Assembly: GCA_973895155.1 (NCBI GenBank)
Contig: OZ316896.1
Location: 22,215,722-22,279,721 of the forward strand
Direction: 5' to 3'
Length of the DNA stretch: 64,000 bases
From: Marsupella aquatica
Taxonomy: Eukaryota; Plantae; Marchantiophyta
Both the position numbers and the translations under genes were made by a program. The notes below the pieces were generated by a model, which was given only the letters and a program-made list of their open reading frames with translations, made no database searches and had not been told where the DNA came from. Shown here piece by piece: positions 1 through 12,901 of this stretch (position 1 is its first letter; each line of letters opens with the position of its first letter).

Positions 1-25
1 TCCGCTCTTTCTTCTCTCGCTCGTC

Positions 26-1079
26 GTGTTGTCGGCTTTACTTACTCTCCTCATCTTCAAGCTTGTTGTATCGAGTCTTCTTTCGGAACCCAATCTCAGG
101 CCGCATCATTCATTCGGCTGCCCAAGTTCCAGAGGAGGTCTCCCTTGCTCTACTTCACTTTGCCACCACTCTGGAATGCCCTCAGCAATCCAAGGACGAG
201 ATATCTGTGACCATGGGGATCCTAATGGAACGTGGGCCCTGCAATTTTTTGGTGATCGGAATGTGGTATGATAGCTTGCTCTGGGCAACATTCAACTATG
301 GTGGACGCACTGCATTTCTGGAAGAGAATCAAGAGTGGATTGACCGAATACGAAACAATCATCCTCGATTAGAGACCTACAAGGTGAACTACTCGACGAA
401 TTTGGGAGAGGCTTCAGAACTTCTACTCATCTCCAGAAAGCTGCGTTCCAGTAACTGCAGTGCTTACCAATCAATCACCGAATCGACTTGCCCTTTGGCG
501 CTAACAACAAGGCAGGGGCTCCCACAGGCGCTCCTCTCAGTGGAGTGTAATGTCATTATGATCGATGGTCCTCGAAGCTTCAGGGATCCGTCCTTCCCAG
601 GTTGAATGAGCGCCATCTTCACTGCCGCGGTCATGGCGAGGTCCTGCACTGGCCCGGCTTACGTCGACATTTCTGTTCACGACTTCTCTCGCCCTGTGGA
701 GAACAAATACGCTACGGAGTTCCTTTGCCCAGAAAATCGTGTGACGAGTGTGGGAGATTGTGGCAATTTCGTGTGCGTCCGAGTTTGTCACCCGACTTCT
801 GCCCCAAGTTGCCCTCCGTGTCTTGAAAGGTTTGTCCCGGATCCGAAGAGCAACTCAAAGAGAGTTGTACGCAGCCTCTTTCATTCTAAGAAAGCATCTC
901 AAACAAGAGGATCTGAATCGGCTGTAGGAGATTGCAGAGAAACTAAAATCCCCTTAGGCTTCGCATCGCGATTTCTAAGAAGCGATTTTGAAGGAGCGGA
1001 CGAACAATTCACAGGGAAAGGCGGGAGCCTTATCTTTCCCCGAGTTGCGTATGCGGCCGTGTGCTGTGTTGCCCAGTGA
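26..1079 (+). pseudogene. DUF579 polysaccharide O-methyltransferase (GXM/AGM/IRX15 family) pseudogene; 5' end may lie outside the window
   Basis: Family motifs ALLHFATT..PQQS..EI, PCNFLV.G..YDSLLW...NYGGRT.FLEE, VIMIDGP, MSAIFTAAVMAR, VHDF.RPVE..Y..EFLC.EN. The hydrophobic N-terminal anchor (ORF 26..) is in a different frame from the catalytic part (ORF 63..605). An in-frame TGA at 603-605 replaces the conserved Arg of PGRMSAI. No introns seen. Confidence 0.85.
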
Positions 1080-2158
1080 CTTTCCGTGTCTTCTCTGGTT
1101 GCCCGCGACTTCTACACAGAACTAAAAGTTTACAGGAAGGTCCTGGTGAAGCTTCTGTTGACCCTGGCTGGAAGTACTATAATACCATAGCGTCATGCTC
1201 CCTCGCAAAGTCTCTTGTCGAGACACGAACTAAAAGCCGTTGCTTGCGGGAAAGCTGAACAAAAGCTAACAAGCGCCGAGCACTTGTAGACACCAAATTG
1301 AGCTGCGTCAGGCGATGGCCGCTGGAGCACAAACTAGGTTGCTGGTTATACTATGTATGCTGACTCCAATCGATGCAATCATCCACATTTCTATCGGTCC
1401 ATCTCCAACTGGAATGCAGCCCAAACAATCTGGCTTCACATGAGTTAGGATTCCATGCGGTGCGGAGCTCAAACGAACTGGGGCCTGCTAGATTGGATAA
1501 TTTGTGACTGGGGTGTTCGATGTGCCTGATTTCCTGGTTGCTAGTTTGATACTACGTAGTGGGCATTCCTGCTCCATTCAAGGTTCGCTTGTCGCTGTTG
1601 AGTTGATAGCGAGCATTCGAACTGCATTTGATCCAGTAGTTTTGCTGTGTTGAAGAGCTTCGATCATCCTCGTTCCGGAGAGCCCTGCTCCTGCATTCAC
1701 TCAAGGTCTGCGTTCTCTTGGGTACTCTTGCTGTAAATTTCTAACCTATGTCATTGGTCGATTGGAGCTGGGGCTGCGTTGCTTTTCTGTTCAGCCATTG
1801 CTGTGGGCATTCCCAGGCCTCATCTACAACCTCCAAGCAGCTAAAGTTGCGCTCTTTCTAGATCCGTCACAGATGAAAAGCTATGAACGGCTGTACCTTA
1901 TTACAAAATTGCTCATCCTCTATGACCTTCGACTTTGGTCACTATTTAACTATTCAATATCTTAAAGAGATTGTGGTACAAATTGCGCTGATGGCAGTCA
2001 TCGGTATGGCAGGAGACGCAGCCCCAGCATTGTCAACCACCCTCGTGTCTGATTCGGAGGGTCCGTAAGAGTCTTTGTCAAGATTTGTGATGGCTCGCGT
2101 GACGAGTACTAGATGCCGGTCAAACGAATGGCGCCCCAAAGCGCGGATGGGGATCTAT

Positions 2159-3063
2159 ATGGTATGCTGTCACTACGTTTTCATGCTGGATTGGAATTGC
2201 AAGTGTCACATTAATGGAGACGAGAGTGACTGTTGTGTATTGAGCCCACCTACCAGCTAACCCAAACCACCATTGCAGGCAAAATTCATCGTCCTTGTCA
2301 CACTCATTCCCACAATTCGCACAACCTCCACCGCCTGCCCGCCCCTCTCCGACCCAGGAGCCGACGTAGGGCAAACTCCCGGCCTCCCCATCCACCTAAA
2401 CCAACATTTCTCCTCTCCCCCCTCCGGCCTTAACACAATGGGCGTCTACAGCACCAATTTCGGCGAAACACCTTACTGCTGTCCATTTGCACCCAAGGAA
2501 TTCGAAGTACTTCCCCCTAACGTCACGGCGGGTACCAACAGCGGTGGATGGGGCATAGTACCCTACATTTGCCAAGTTGCGGATGCAGGCCAGAATGGCA
2601 CCTTCAATGCTGCTGGAACCGTTCTGCTGGGGGATAGCTGGGTGCTGTCGAACGGGAGCGTGGCGTTCTACGGACATGCCGGGAGTCGGAATGGGCCGTA
2701 TTACTTCGGGTTTGCGATGGATCCGGATGGCAAGAATGTAAGAAAGCTTCTCAAACCTTGAACCCTTTTCTCCTCTTGGAAAAATTCTCAATCAATTTTC
2801 TCGCCCAGTGGTCATTCGATCTGATGCCCGATTGCGAATGTTCATCAATCTGTTTTGGGGGATTTGTCAAGACTGACTCGAAACCTGCTGCAATCCAGCT
2901 CCATGGATTCTACACCTTCCAAGACCAACTGAATGGGGCCAACGATGGCGGAGTGATCACGGGACCTTGGGACTGGACATTTGTGCGGGAGCCAACCGTG
3001 GCGGAGTGCGAGTTTGCGTTGAGGGAGACGAAAAGCACGAAGTCGAAGCTGTATGCTAATTGA
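2159..3063 (+). CDS. Uncharacterised Cys/Gly/aromatic-rich, probably secreted protein (~240 aa); exons 2159-2161, 2279-2737, 2809-3063
   Basis: ORFs 2273..2761 and 2758..3063 are joined in frame by a phase-0 GTAAGA...CCCAG intron (2738-2808). ATG at 2159 is followed by a GTATGC donor, a GCTAAC branch site (~2256) and a TTGCAG acceptor (2278), giving MAKFIVLVTLIPTIRTTSTA, which is signal-peptide-like. Several N-x-S/T sequons. Confidence 0.6.
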
Positions 3064-3154
3064 TTGAAGGTCATGTTTCTGTGATCTAGACTTGAGGTAT
3101 GGACGGATTATAGATGTCTGCTCACCAATTGCGTGATTGTCAAGTCCAGCAGAT

Positions 3155-3413
3155 CTGTCATTCGTATGTGTCCAAAGATTTGGAACTAAGGATAATCTCT
3201 GTCGATCTAAATTGACAGACCTCAGGAGGTGAAACGGATCCGAATTAGAACGACAACCACGATGATGCAATCAATGTGAAGAACTGTCATTCATATGTCT
3301 CCAAAGATTTGGAACTAAGGATAATCTCTGTCGATCTAAGATTGACAGACCTCAGGAGCTGAAACGGATCCGAATTAGAACGACAACCACGATGATGCAA
3401 TCAATGTGAAGAA
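3155..3413. repeat. Tandem duplication, ~129-bp unit x2
   Basis: CTGTCATTC.TATGT.TCCAAAGATTTGGAACTAAGG...CAATGTGAAGAA starts at 3155 and again at 3284, near-identical. Confidence 0.95.
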
Positions 3414-3919
3414 TGGAGGATTTGATTACTGGTCCTTTGGTCGGATAGTGGACCGACCTTTAGGATCCAGTCATTCTATAGTGTAGGATTGTGGGCTTGA
3501 CAAATTCACAAATTGTTTCACAGGCGTCTTGGCTGCTTGATTCCATTCATGTAAGCTCTCATTATAGATTCATGGTCACTGGGAAAGGTATCTTTGTATG
3601 ACAGTCCGCAGCTAGCAATTTCAGCAAGGCCATCCCAAATCTCTAACGTAAACCTGATTCCACAAACGTTACAACCTGAACCAATTGGAGAATAAGTTTC
3701 CTTCAACTACCAGTCTAGGACTCGGATGCTAGTTACTTGCTGTGTGATCCTTTTGAACTCTAAAACATTGACTTTAATACTGGAAATGTGGGCAAACTCC
3801 CGGTTTACCATCATGCTTATCACACCTGTGTCCCCGCATCTGCTCATTTCTGTCCGGTGGTGAACAGTGTACTCACCACAATAGGTGGAGTCCAAGCGCA
3901 TTCCTAGTGAAAGTGAATC

Positions 3920-4115
3920 TGTGCACTTTATAATGAGAGGTATGGGTAACCAACTTCTGCACTTTATAATGAGAGCTATTGGTAAATAACTTTATAATGA
4001 GAGCTATTCTGCACTTTATAATGAGAGCTATGGGTAAACAACTTTATAATGAGAGCTATAGGTAAATAACTTTATAATGAGAGCTGTAGGTAACCAACTA
4101 TATATTGAGAGCTAA
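3920..4115. repeat. AT-rich minisatellite with core ACTTTATAATGAGAGCTAT(GGGTAAA/C), ~6 copies plus degenerate copies
   Basis: Core visible at ~3925, 3961, 3988, 4012, 4041 and 4068. The spacers are variants of each other. Confidence 0.9.
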
Positions 4116-6433
4116 GGTTGAGCTAAGGATAACAGTAGCTCTTTATAGGTGTAGTAGTGGTTGAGGCTCCAAAGTGGATTTTGAATTCACAAATGTGTTC
4201 AGTGATACCCACTTCATATAAATCCTAAGTTACCCCACTATGTTTAAAATTCACATGGATTCAGATATATCCTGTTCACTATTGTTCTCTAACCGAAGTA
4301 CTATGGTGCAAACAGGATATATCCTACTCCATGCTAGCCCAATGCCAGTGCTTTTGGGTTGTTATTGTTAAGCATATGGAGGCTTCACTGGGGAACTTAC
4401 TCACACTTACTGGATACCTTGCATGAACTGCTAGAAAGTTGCCATCTATGAAGACCCTTTAAACAAGGCCCCAGTGACAGTGTATTTTAACTTAAGGATC
4501 ATATACTTTGCACTAACTGCTAGAAAGAAGTTGCCATCTGTAGGGTCCCTTTAAATAAATCCCCCACTGACTTTATTGCTGACACCCAAAACATAAACTC
4601 ACTCTTTGTTAGAACCAAACAAGCCTTTGAGTTGGATGGAATATATCTGGCTGTCTTGGATGAACCCATGCAGATCAAAGAAACTTAATGTACTGTAATT
4701 GAAAGCCTCACGACAAATGGAATACAATTCAAATTCAATGGAATGTGAACTTTAAAGCAATTGTGTGCTCGGTTGGAACTTTTTGTGGGTAGTTGACTTG
4801 TTAGACAACCTCCTGACAATTTGAATCACGCATTCATGTTATTGCCCGGTGTCAACAAGCACTATAGTATGTCCCTCTGGACCAGCCATGCATAATTGAA
4901 ATCTTTTGGTCCATGGGAGCATTAATTTCCTGTAAAGTGGACTAGTACAAACTTCCAAAAAGCATTTATTTCTAAAATTCTGAAAGACAGAGCCACTAGA
5001 GATTAAGTACAGTTAGCACAAAATAATGGCTCTAATGCAAAGTCAACAATGGTTTGATCAAGTGGAAAATATGTTTGGTCTGCAACTCATTCTTGTCCAA
5101 CCGAGGAAATATGGTTCAAGATGACAGAACCTCAGCCCTTGTTTATGGCCTTGTTGGTCAAGTCTTACTACTTCACGGTTCCTTGATTGTATATACACTA
5201 GTTTAGAGCTCCTGTCTTACATGAAACACAAGTTGTCCGTGCTAAGATGATCAACATGGAAGTGTCAAATAGTAAGGGCAGTTGAAAGCAAAGGGTTGGG
5301 AATGCCAAGAGAATGACAAGGAAAGTAAAAAACAACTAGTAGTACGTTGGGCTAGTAGCAAAGGAAGGTGGAAACGGGTGGGGCAGGGAGCAAAATTGAA
5401 ACAAGAGGGCAAAAGCCAGGTGGGTGGATTAAGCAACCAGGGTGCACATGGGAAAGTGATAGAGAGTAGAAAGAGAGCCAATGTAGTCCAGTAACACAGC
5501 TAGTACATGCCGGGCTACTATACTTTCAATTACTCTGCTTCAAAGTGGAGCCCAACCTGCAGGTGATTTTAACTAAAGTATTTACAGGACTTTTCTCAAA
5601 AGGTTATCTATAAATCAAGATTGAACAATGTCTAGGGTAAGGCTTCTAAGGCCCAGTGCCTTAAACAATACTTTTGAGTTCCAGATTGGACAACAATAAT
5701 ATACTGCAAATAAAAACAATTTACTCACTATAATATGCAATCCTGTCCATTATCCTCCATTGCTTGTTTACGAATGGTATTCTAGACAGGGTGACTCCTC
5801 TTATCACCCTGCTTTGTATGCGCTCATTAACCTGCCTCTCCCTATCTCTTGATGCAAGTCCTTGCACGCCCCCACGCTTTTGCCTCTATCGCATGGGGAG
5901 GGGGGGGGGGGGGGATAGGAGGGAAAGGGGATGAAGGAACAAAAAGGGGAAGAAAAGTGACAAAAGAGAGGTGGGGTGGGGGGGGGGGGGCGCAGTGAAG
6001 AGGAGAAAAGGGGGACCCTCTACACTGCATTGGCATTGGGTGGAGAGGACCCTCTGCCTCCCTCACGTGTAGAAAGACTTGAAAAACAAGGAAATGAGGG
6101 GGGAGAGGAAAAGGGGCAATATACCACAACAGTTACATCATTTTTGCAAAAATAACAACAACCCAAATGACAACATTTCCGTAGCAACAACCACCCAGAC
6201 AAAAAACTTCTGCATCCCAACATAGTCATGGTTGGAAAGGCAAGATTTGCAGAAGAACCACTTGGTCCCAATCACAACCCAATTGAAATGACAACTGAAT
6301 TTTACAATCACAAGGAGAACATAATCTAATGATAAGAATTTTACAATGAGAAGTAGACCATAAACTGATGATAATCGTGCAAGGGCAATTGGGCTCAAAA
6401 GTTCACCTTGCCTCCAGATGAGTTCCTGACTCA

Positions 6434-6560
6434 ATGATTTCCTTGCTTGAACACGACCCCTTGATTTCCTTGCTGTGAACACGACCCTTGATATCCTTGC
6501 TTCAGCACGACCCTTGATTTCCTCAATGACTATCTTGCCTCGAAGGCGACTCTTGCATGG
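6434..6560. repeat. Short tandem repeat (CACGACCC(C)TTGATTTCCTTGCT), ~3-4 copies
   Basis: Repeated unit read directly at ~6452, 6480 and 6506. Confidence 0.8.
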
Positions 6561-6804
6561 ACGACACTTCCTTCCCTCACAACTTTATTCTGTGCAGGCA
6601 CTGGGTTCCTAAATAATAAAAAGTACCCAACTGAAAGTTACAGAAGAAGAGAACACCTTCAGACCAATGAGGAATTCTTTATCAATTTTGATCGGATGCC
6701 GACAGATTGGTGGAGAGGCGGAGAGATGAACTGCTTGAGATAGTGTGTGAATCGGAGCGATTTTATGTCATCCTCATCCAGCCATCAGTTTCACACGCAG
6801 AGAG

Positions 6805-9800
6805 ATGAATCTGAGAATTGAGTTGGCAATGCCTCCTCCCCGACTGTTCTCATTCGGTGCAGTGGTGCTGCTGCTGCTGCTGGTTTCCCAAGCAACTGGG
6901 TCGACTCTATTCACGAGGCATTCTCGGAACTTCCCTCACTTGGAGAATTTGGTGGATAGCTCCAAGTACCTCACCACGGACGCCAAGCTGCTCACCCAGC
7001 GTGTGGATCACTACAATCCCTTGGTAAGCAGTGTGCTTCCTTTCCCTTCTCTTTTCATGAGCTCAGAAGAATTTTTATGTGCTCGTCATGACTATGATCA
7101 GCTCTGGTGGGTCTCGGACCAATGGCCCCACTTGAAGCCACCACAGGCTGTCAAATGCCACTCATGTTTAGTAAACCCGCAGAACCTCTTGGTCCCATAG
7201 CCAATTGGGGTCCCCGCCTGGACATCGGTTCAATCTCTCATCGATTGGTCAGCCAGCAACTTTCACCAAGCATCATGAAGTAAAAGAAGTTCGAAATACA
7301 TCATCATGAAAGAAATCACGCAGTCGGTAACTCATTTGGTTCAGCTGAATTTCTGCACCTGTTTCGTGAGAGTTGACACGGGATGCTTGTGGATCCTTAA
7401 CTGCTGAACGCGTGTTTGATGCATGTTAATTGACGTAGTCCTTGATGTTGGGTTCCGATCTGTATCCTTAAACTAGGGCTAGAGCTGACCAAGACAGTAT
7501 CTGCGACCTCTTGGTAAGGCTTTTACGTCCATTCATGGAAACAGAGTTTAGAAACAGCCACAAACAATCCACATTGCAGAAAATAATTGGAAATTCAATA
7601 AAGCGGAGAGATTGAAATTCCACACCCGCAATGCCCGCAAATGCGCAGGCAGCTGTTCAAGTATCGCGATAAAGATTTTAGGAATGTAATGATGATAAGG
7701 TACATATCTTCACGCGGTTGCCCAATCCTAGAGTTAGCATGTACAAATTCCACCTACCCACCCTGTGACGCCTCGTCTTGATCCAAAGCCTTGGTACTTG
7801 TGAAGAGGACGTCCAGAGACTCTGCCACAATCAAGTGGAATCTCTTACCATCTGCCTGACGTTCTTACACTATTGACCGTTATGTAGTAACAGATCTGCA
7901 CTCTGGCTGTAGATGAACCAATTACTGCAACTGTTTAGCAAATGCTTTATACTAGTAAACATGTGGTTTTCTATACAATTGAACGCTCTATTTAATGCGT
8001 GTTGATTTTCAGGACCGTCGCACTTTTCAGCAACGGTACTATGAATTCACTGACTACTTCAAAGGACCAGATGGCCCCATCTTTTTGAAAATCTGCGGAG
8101 AGTCCACTTGTAGTGGTATTTCAAATGATTACAACGGGGTACGTACTACTTGCCGCGCACTTACATTTGGTAGAAATCCTCTCGCCAGTCCTATGTTGAA
8201 AGGTGGAAAATTTGTCTTTTCCCACACTTCATATCGTTTGGGGATGGGAGTGAGAAAACAATTTGCTTGACAAAATCTCAGACAGTCTTGCACTAATCTG
8301 AGATAAAATTTCTCGCAAACTACTCCAACCGCAAACTCGTGTCTATTTATTGCAACATTCATCAATATTTAAGTGTTTATCTCGTTAATTTTGACAAGTA
8401 TTTCTTATTTTCGAAGAATCTAGACTTCAGGCATTTGTTCGCTACATTCTTTTGTTTTCGGGACAAACAAGAGGCATTGGTTTTATCGTTATGATTGGCT
8501 GTCGACCGTACATGCTGGTCAGGATGGTAGTTCTGTCAGCATCATTTCAAACCTCACTAGACGGTGTCAATGCAAGTTTTTGTGTAGTTCACGAAAACGG
8601 CTTAGCTTCTGGCGGTTATAAATCGTGAGGAAAGAAATAGAGTGGGTCATTCAACTAGCATTGGATCGTAGTTCAGAAACGTTCTATACGCTAACAAAAA
8701 AATCTCACTCATGAGGGAGAAGTGACGTTTCCATTGCCAGTATCGTGAGCTTCGAATTACTCAGGTGCTCGTTTGATTTCATCTGCAGGTCCTTGCTGAG
8801 CAATTTGGGGCTGCGTTGATAACTTTGGAGCATCGCTACTACGGCGAAAGTCTGCTGTTTGATAACTTTGAGACAGAAAACTTGAAATATCTGTCTTCAA
8901 AGCAGTCACTATTTGATCTAGCTGCGTTTCGCAACTTCTATCAGGTACTCCCATAAAGGGCGCTTAAACCACCACTGTCCATATAAAGAGAGAAGTGTCC
9001 AAGATTTCTCACTTTTTCACATTTCTATCCTCTAGGGTGAGACTTTGCTCCACAATTTCAGGAAAATGATTCTAAAAATGGTGAAACCTGGTGGATCCAG
9101 GTTTTGTCATGTACAGTGGCGCTTTAATTACTTTATGCCAAGTATTTGAAATCTTGTTTTAGCAATCTGGCATGAAACTGGTGTTTTGCATAATGATTTC
9201 ATAACCTGCGCACCAGCAGAAATAAACGATTACGGTGGATGCAAGCAAATCGAAGGAATGCACAAAGTATATGTTTAAACAAGACTTGAGGAATCATTGC
9301 ATTTTGATTTTGATTTGCTGAAATGTTGCTCTTGTAATTGTCAAATTCTTCAAGGGAATCCATTGCTGTCGATCTATACACTTTCCTTGCTGAACCTTGG
9401 TCCTTCTGTGTACTACAGCATATGAACTATATTCAAAAGCTAGCTTGAGATGACTGTCGTCTGCTGTTGTAAACTATAACTGCATATGTATCCTTCATAT
9501 TGTTTTCTCTGTAACGCAACGGAGTCTTGGGTGCCATTCATTTTCGTTTTTTCTGTAACAAACTGTCACATTATTGAGCAGTGTCTTTTCAAGCATTTAA
9601 TCGCTTATTCTCGGTCTCAGGAAGAGGTGAATAAGAGATATGGCAGGTCAGGAGGCGACAACCCGTGGATTGTCTTTGGAGTATCATACTCTGGAGCTCT
9701 AAGTGCATGGTTTCAAATTAAGTTCCCTCATTTGTCAAACGGAGCTATTTCAAGCTCCGGGGTTGTCCTAGCAGTGTATAACTACACCGATTTTGATCGA

Positions 9801-12800
9801 CAGGTACATCAGTCTGTAGCCCTCTTCTATCAATAAATATGCAATAACGGTGATCACTTAATCCCCCGGCGTCCTTGTGGTTGTGGGCATCCTATTGGCT
9901 ATTCTGATACCGTTTTGGTAATCTCAGGTCGCAGAGTCTGCTGGACCAATATGCGCAGCTGCTCTACGTCAAGTAACTGCTGAGGTTGATGCAGGCCTTC
10001 AAAGAAATCCCACAGCTATCAAGGCAAAGTTTGGTGCAGAGCAGGTAACATTCACACTAACCTAACAGAAAATATTGGCACGTCTCGCCTAGGAATAATT
10101 TTGTCAGATATACAAAGCAGATATGACTAGCTGACTCATTGTTTACTTGCATGCATCTCCTGGAACCCTAAACAATGGAAGCTAATTGACATCGTGATTA
10201 TTGGTGTCAATTTCACAGCTGAAAGTCGATGGGGATTTCCTGTACTTCTTAGCAGATGCAGCTGCTGAAGCGGTGACTTCCACGAACCATCCAATTTCTT
10301 CTTGTTAATTTTTTCCTTGGATAGCTTATTGTTTACGTAGAAGCGCGTTGTATCCCAGGACTGAAGGAACTAGGTAAATTGACAGAAGATGCTGACAAAG
10401 AAAGCTAAATGATTCCAAAGTAATGTTGTTTGATTCAGGCAACTGATGTGTCCTATTTCTTGTGTTGCTGTGTTCTCAATTGCTCTAAAGCCAAGAACGT
10501 GTGTCCAAGTTTTCAACAGACCGCTAGCTCTCCAAATAAGGTCGTACTTATGATGCCCGCTCTTGATAAACCTGACCTTCTACTTTCTGACTCTCTCTCT
10601 TTCTCTCGTGAGCCTGCAGTTTCAGTATGGAAACCCAGATAAGCTGTGTTCGCCACTGGAAGATGTATACTTGAGAAATGGAGACGTCCTGGTCAGTAAT
10701 CTTCTCGCTTAGTTGTCCACTCTGAAAGCTTCAGAGTTGGAAACACTTATTGAAATATCTCGGGATCGTCTGTCTACTGATTCGGTGTTAAGGGGTCTGC
10801 AATTTGTACAAGCAAGTAGGGGATTGCGATATGGAACAAAGGAATTGATGCTGTGCTGCGAATGTTTTTGGTTAGTTTCAAGCTAGTCGTAATCGAGAGC
10901 AATCTTGAGAGTTTAAAATCTTGCAAGGTCATGATCAGCATGCAAAGTCGCAGTTTTCCAATGTCGGAGTTTTCTTTGTGATTTTTCAGGAGACCTTTGC
11001 GGCCTTTGTTAAAGAATTTTTTGTCGACTACTTTGGTGTTCCAGTCAGTACTTATGATCAAGACAATCTAAAAAACTCAACGATAAATCCCAACTCTGGT
11101 AAGATTGGACTACTCAAAGCATGTTGTGAAACACAGCGGGATGTGGTACAGTGGTTAGCACACCTTTGAATCGCTTTATGGTTTGAGCCAACCTCAGTGA
11201 ACAATCGTCTGCCACCTTAGAAAACTTGAAAGTATCTAGTGATAATGACTAGCTCCCGTAGATAGATATGAGCAAATTTGGACGTTTAGCTGGAGTGATT
11301 AGAATCTCATTTTCATTGTGGTAAAAAGGTTTGTTTTATCATGTTGTACGGACACCTCCCATATTAGCTAGAGTTGAGTCGCCGCTTGTTAATTAATTTA
11401 GTAAATACATTAGAAGTTCTGAAGGTGTCTTTCATGCAGGGGACCGGATGTGGTGGTATCAAGTATGTACAGAAGTGGCCTATTTTCAAGGTGCCTACAA
11501 CAACAGCATTCGATCAGCTGGAGTGAGCATCCAGTGAGCAATTCTAGCCCTTGGTTCTGCTGAAGATGCACCTTGAATCTTAAAATGGTGGCTGGTCATA
11601 TTCGTTGCTACATCTCAGCTTGTAACAGCGAAGCCCTTAGTTCCTCTCATAAGTTACGTGAACCTCTGAGTTCGTTGCGCTAAGTATTTAGCAAAACCTT
11701 TTAAGTTCGAGAGAACTTAAACATGTTATAGACAGAGCTCTGAAGCAGAAATATCATGCTGAGCAGTTTCACGTGCTGTCGTAGCAGAAACAACTGGGAC
11801 ATGGATTTTGCTAACTTTTACTACCCCTGACTGCAGATGGCATCTAGATCTTTGTGAAAATGTCTTTGGAAAGGGAGTGTTCCCTGAAACTGATCTCACA
11901 AATCTGTACTACGGAGGAACTGCGATTTATGGTAAGCACAGGATTGAGAGTTCTCTTACTTCTTCTGATCTCCTGACCACCTTGTCTCCTCGTACACATT
12001 TAATTCTAGTGGTCGTGTTCAAGTGGCATGCTAAAGGGCCTCTACTAGTTTCTATTGCTTTTGTTCCTGTTAGTCGTGATCATAATGAGGACATTCCTTA
12101 GAGTTAGTTATAGCACTCATTACTTACAGTATTCATATGGTGTATTCCAACATGTCAATGTAATTTTTCTGGGCGCTCATCGTGAGAGTCGATACACTGC
12201 TGACAAAATCATCCCATCTGAAATACATACCAGGTTTTCCCAAGTTTGCTATGTGCTAACATATCTAGTTTGACAGGATCAAAGATTGTGTTCACCAACG
12301 GATCTCAAGACCCCTGGCGTTGGGCTTCTAAGCAGACATCTTCACCTGGAGGTGACCATCTTCCCCTCTCAGGTTTCCGGGTGAAAAAATTAACCTGTGC
12401 AGATAAACTTTGTCTCTTATCTCAGCCTTCTTATCTGCCATGCTTCTATGGTACTCTTGTATTCTACCTGAAGGTTTTAAATTGCTTACGAGTTAATCTC
12501 ATGACTGATTTGTCTCTTGTGCATGAACCAGAGCCATCAATAATAATCACTTGTCATAATTGTGGGCATGGAAGTGATATGCGAGGTTGCCCACAATCTC
12601 CCCTGGTCCCGAAAGGTTTGTCTGCTCGATTAACTCCCATCAGTATATGTATTAGGAGCCCACATGGCTTCCAATGGTTCAGTTGTTGATCAGCTGCATC
12701 ATCTTGTCTTTTACTAGCTGTTTCTAAATCTTTACTCGAAAAAAAGACGGTGCAAATCGACTGGGCTCATAACTTGTGAAAATTGTCTTTGATGCAGGTG

Positions 12801-12901
12801 ATCCATCCCAGTGTGAAAAACCTGAAGAGGTGATCAAGGCACGACAGGTCATTTCAGAGTATATCTCAGAGTGGATAGGAGCGTCGACCAGTTCCTTTTA
12901 A
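6805..12901 (+). CDS. EDA2: Serine carboxypeptidase S28 family (EDA2/prolylcarboxypeptidase-like), secreted or vacuolar; ~13 exons
   Basis: Approximate exons 6805-7023, 8013-8138, 8789-8944, 9621-9803, 9928-10024, 10219-10272, 10620-10691, 10990-11098, 11440-11533, 11837-11931, 12277-12351, 12532-12615, 12798-12901. Motifs: signal peptide, QRVDHYNP, TFQQRYYEF..YF....GPIFLKICGE, LEHRYYG, LKYLSSKQSLFDLA.F, PWIVFGVSYSGALSAWF..KFPHL (catalytic Ser), R.WWYQVCTEVAYFQ, KIVFTNGSQDPW (Asp), CHNCGHGSDM (His). Stop TAA at 12899-12901. Confidence 0.93.

Noticed and set aside
3920-4115. Repeat-spacer-like pattern resembling a CRISPR array
   Set aside because: Spacers are short and are variants of one another, the context is eukaryotic and no cas genes are present; it is a minisatellite.
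5890-6115. Poly-G tracts and a minus-strand proline-rich ORF (5842..6129)
   Set aside because: Low-complexity G/A runs; G-quadruplex potential only, no evidence of coding.
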